Below, piece after piece: positions 45,012-46,386 of a DNA stretch of 46,386 bases. The notes under the pieces are model-generated. The model was not told where the DNA came from. It did not search any database and saw nothing but the letters and a program-made list of their open reading frames with translations. The DNA lies in NCBI GenBank assembly GCA_947177115.1, contig CAMWTG010000001.1, positions 1-46,386 of the forward strand. The letters are read 5' to 3'. How positions within the stretch are numbered: the first letter of the stretch is position 1; every line of letters begins with the position of its first letter. The translations under genes and the position numbers were made by a program. This stretch comes from an uncultured Clostridia bacterium. Its GTDB lineage: Bacteria; Bacillota; Clostridia; Oscillospirales; Oscillospiraceae.

Positions 45012-46196
45012 TCAGGCAGTGAAGGGGGCGTAGGCAACAAACAGCTTCGTGGTGAACCCATCGGCAACGGAGTACATATCCGCGGAGCCGGCCACGCCGG
45101 ATACGGCGTCAGCCATGCCGGAACCGCCATCAATGGCCTGAACCACAGAGGTAATGGCGGTAGCCATGCCCTCGGCATCCTGCTTGACGGTGCCGGTCAT
45201 CTGGTCAGCGGCAATGAGGTCCTGCGCGGTCTGGGTAGCGTCCACGCCGAAAACGGGGATCTTGGTGCTGGAGCCATCGCCCAGGTTGTAACCGGCGTTC
45301 TGCAGGGCGGAGATGGCGCCGGCGGCCATGTCATCGTTGTTGGCGATGATGAGCTCGATCATGTTGCCGTTGGCCTCGCTGTACTCAGCCAGGTTGACGC
45401 TCATGAAGTCGAAGGCAGCGCTGGAAGACCACGCGCCGTTGGGGTCCAGCTGATACTTGTCGCTGTTGCTGGGGTTGAAGTAGGACAGCTCGGGCTTGCC
45501 ATTCGCCGTCAGGACGGCATTGGCGTCCTCTACGCCGTACTGGGTGCGGTAAATGGCCTCCACATTGGCGGCATCGCCCATGAACATGGCATAGGAGATC
45601 TCTCCATCGCCGTTCAGGTCAATGCTGTCATAGTTGGCTACCAGGAAATCACCGATCATCTGGCCCTGCAGATGGCCGGCCTCGGGGGCATCGGTACCGA
45701 TGAAGCAGACATTGTCATAGGCGCCGAGGATCGTGCCCTCCTCGCCATCGCCCTCGGGGGCGCGGTTGAAGAACACCACAGGCAGGCCATTAGCGGCCTG
45801 GATGATCTGCTGGGCGGCATCAGCGGAGCCGGAGGTGACCAGATTGACCACCAGGACGTTGACGCCGTTGGTGATAGCGGTCTGGACCTGCTCCAGCTGG
45901 GAGGCCTGGTTGTTGTTTGCATCATAATCCTGATAAGTGATGCCGGCGGCGGCCAGGTCGGCATCCAGCGCGGTGCGCACGGTGGACAGGAAGGCATCGC
46001 TGTAGGCGTACCAGAACACGCCCACATTCAGGCTGCTCCCGGTGCTCGGAGCCGGGGCGGCATCATCGCCGCCGGAAGTGCTGGGCTCGCTGGTCTGCGC
46101 ATCGTTGCCGCCGCTCTGAGGGGCATCGCCGCCGCCGCAGGCGGCCAGCGCAAGCACCATGGTCAGCGCCAGAAGCAGTGCAAGGATCTTCTTCAT
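45012..46196 (-). CDS. mglB: Galactose/glucose ABC transporter substrate-binding lipoprotein
   Basis: Lipobox LALAAC, followed by an MglB-like body (VVFFNRAPEG, IANNDDMAAGAISAL, IPVFGVDATQ). The start is placed at the ATG at 46196, which lies 8 nt after GGAGGA. Confidence 0.88.
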   Translation of the reverse strand: MKKILALLLALTMVLALAACGGGDAPQSGGNDAQTSEPSTSGGDDAAPAPSTGSSLNVGVFWYAYSDAFLSTVRTALDADLAAAGITYQDYDANNNQASQLEQVQTAITNGVNVLVVNLVTSGSADAAQQIIQAANGLPVVFFNRAPEGDGEEGTILGAYDNVCFIGTDAPEAGHLQGQMIGDFLVANYDSIDLNGDGEISYAMFMGDAANVEAIYRTQYGVEDANAVLTANGKPELSYFNPSNSDKYQLDPNGAWSSSAAFDFMSVNLAEYSEANGNMIELIIANNDDMAAGAISALQNAGYNLGDGSSTKIPVFGVDATQTAQDLIAADQMTGTVKQDAEGMATAITSVVQAIDGGSGMADAVSGVAGSADMYSVADGFTTKLFVAYAPFTA

Positions 46197-46386
46197 TTTC
46201 ATTTCCTCCAAACAAATTTTTCACAGGGGACAAACTCCTGTAATATGGATTCTATCAAATCAAATTGTGAAAAACAATGGGAATCTTTCTTCAAAAAGGG
46301 TAATTTTTTATAACTCCCATTCATCTCTGCCAAAAACAGGGGGCGGGGGTTGGTTGTTTTGTGCGCAAAAAACACCCCACCCCCCC

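Overview
This is a 46.4-kb chromosomal segment from a high-GC Firmicute. It looks Clostridia-like (T-box leaders, PFOR, strong SD sites); any finer taxon would be a guess.

The left ~11.4 kb is accessory or mobile DNA.
- parA-parB of an ICE/plasmid-like element lies at 42-1359.
- A visibly AT-richer island of ~9.3 kb spans 1571-10930. On sampled 60-nt lines it is roughly 35-45% GC, against 60-70% in the flanks.
- The island is bracketed by an imperfect direct repeat whose last 34 nt are identical in both copies.
- It contains a decayed large serine recombinase and a tightly coupled three-gene minus-strand operon.
- It abuts the 3' fragment of a tyrosine integrase and tRNA-Thr(CGU).

The three-gene operon is the main candidate for a novel system.
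- Gene 1 is a Ski2/Hel308-like helicase (7607-10351, long ORF to 10603).
- Gene 2 is a 1358-aa Ski2/Hel308-like helicase with a C-terminal TIR-like domain (3534-7610).
- Gene 3 is a 281-aa protein with two TM helices and a ThsA-type Macro domain (2675-3520).
- I read this as a Thoeris type II-like TIR -> Macro/TM signalling pair wired to paired helicase sensors.

The remaining ~35 kb is housekeeping:
- mnmA, a soluble histidine-kinase-like protein, gap, a polar amino-acid ABC transporter, nifJ (PFOR) and comM.
- A Phe T-box driving GNAT, pheS, an Imm51-like gene and pheT.
- deoD, an MBL hydrolase and an acyltransferase.
- A second T-box driving a LeuA-like protein that lacks the catalytic motifs.
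- A TIM-barrel/acyl-CoA-ligase fusion, ychF, and DUF1624-NUDIX-DUF523.
- A frameshifted DUF2500 gene and mglBAC.

Several intergenic regions carry members of a structured palindromic repeat family that shows compensatory stem changes. I found no rRNA, CRISPR array or intact transposase. All domain calls come from motif reading, not from searches.
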